Assembly (NCBI RefSeq): GCF_001194135.2
Contig: NC_068998.1
Coordinates: forward strand, 27,333,676 to 27,380,281
Reading direction: 5' to 3'
DNA from: Octopus bimaculoides
Lineage: Eukaryota
Length of the DNA: 46,606 nt
Position numbers and translations under genes: made by a program. The notes beneath the pieces were generated by a model, which did no database searches, had not been told where the DNA came from, and saw only the letters and a list, made by a program, of their open reading frames with translations. Positions 46,219 to 46,606 of the stretch are shown here, in pieces (position 1 is the first letter of the stretch; every line of letters begins with the position of its first letter).

Positions 46219-46606
46219 TGTGAATAAAGAGAATGAATGGGAGAAAGAGAGCCTGCCGTATGTCGACCCAATAGAGGGACCAGCTATCCGAGTTGATAGT
46301 ACCAGGGTAGATAAAGCAATTAAGAGTATGAAGACCGGGAAAGCCCCCGGCCCATCAGGAATCACTGCAGAGATGCTCAAAATATCTGGCAGTGTTGGCT
46401 ATAGCCTAGTCACCCGTATTACGAACCAGGTGATACACGAAGGAGTCATACCCAATGACTGGTGTAGCAGCATCATAGTCAACTGCTACAAAGGTAAAGG
46501 GGACGCTTTAGATACAAATAATGACAGAGGCATCAAGCTGTTAGATCAGGTTATGAAAGTTACAGAGAGGGTCATAGCCCAACTAATTAGGGAGCGAATC
46601 AATTTA
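46219..46606 (+). mobile_element. RTE LINE fragment, pre-RT/RT start, uninterrupted frame to window end
   Basis: NKENEWEKESLPYVDPIEGPAIRVDSTRVDKAIKSMKTGKAPGPSGITAEMLKISG..IPNDWCSSIIVNCYKGKGDALDTNNDRGIKLLDQVMKVTERVIAQLIRERINL. Confidence 0.92.

Overview
This window is AT-rich, repeat-dense eukaryotic genomic DNA with ten N-gaps. The SINE families, RTE-type (GAT)n tails and microsatellite load look like a coleoid cephalopod, most likely Octopus (inference from memory, not a database match). The only host gene I can support is the 5' part of VPS37A (ESCRT-I subunit) on the + strand. Four short coding exons (15094-15194, 30502-30576, 40706-40820, 42579-42661) have canonical GT-AG sites and splice into one open frame of 124 complete codons. 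It reads MNWLLGG...DVEYHVSF...SLPPQFPQEKPVV...FTMHSNLG...EEFNKNPP, and the rest of the gene lies beyond the window. The ORF track essentially misses it. Everything else is transposon debris: a Tigger/pogo remnant, two fused Ty3/Gypsy remnants with PPT and LTR, RTE and CR1/L2-group LINE fragments, Penelope-like GIY-YIG fragments and tails, an internally deleted mariner, a TTAA-flanked piggyBac-like MITE family and dozens of SINEs. The most interesting observations are (i) minimal hammerhead-ribozyme-like folds in Penelope-like tails, (ii) a 38 x 27-bp minisatellite that arose inside a SINE and explains the two longest non-gap ORFs, (iii) alternating-orientation SINEs next to a frame-symmetric exon, and (iv) two hairpin/foldback structures. 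I found no evidence for a new multi-gene system. Repeat boundaries are read by eye and are approximate to about 10-30 bp unless TSDs or TIRs are quoted.
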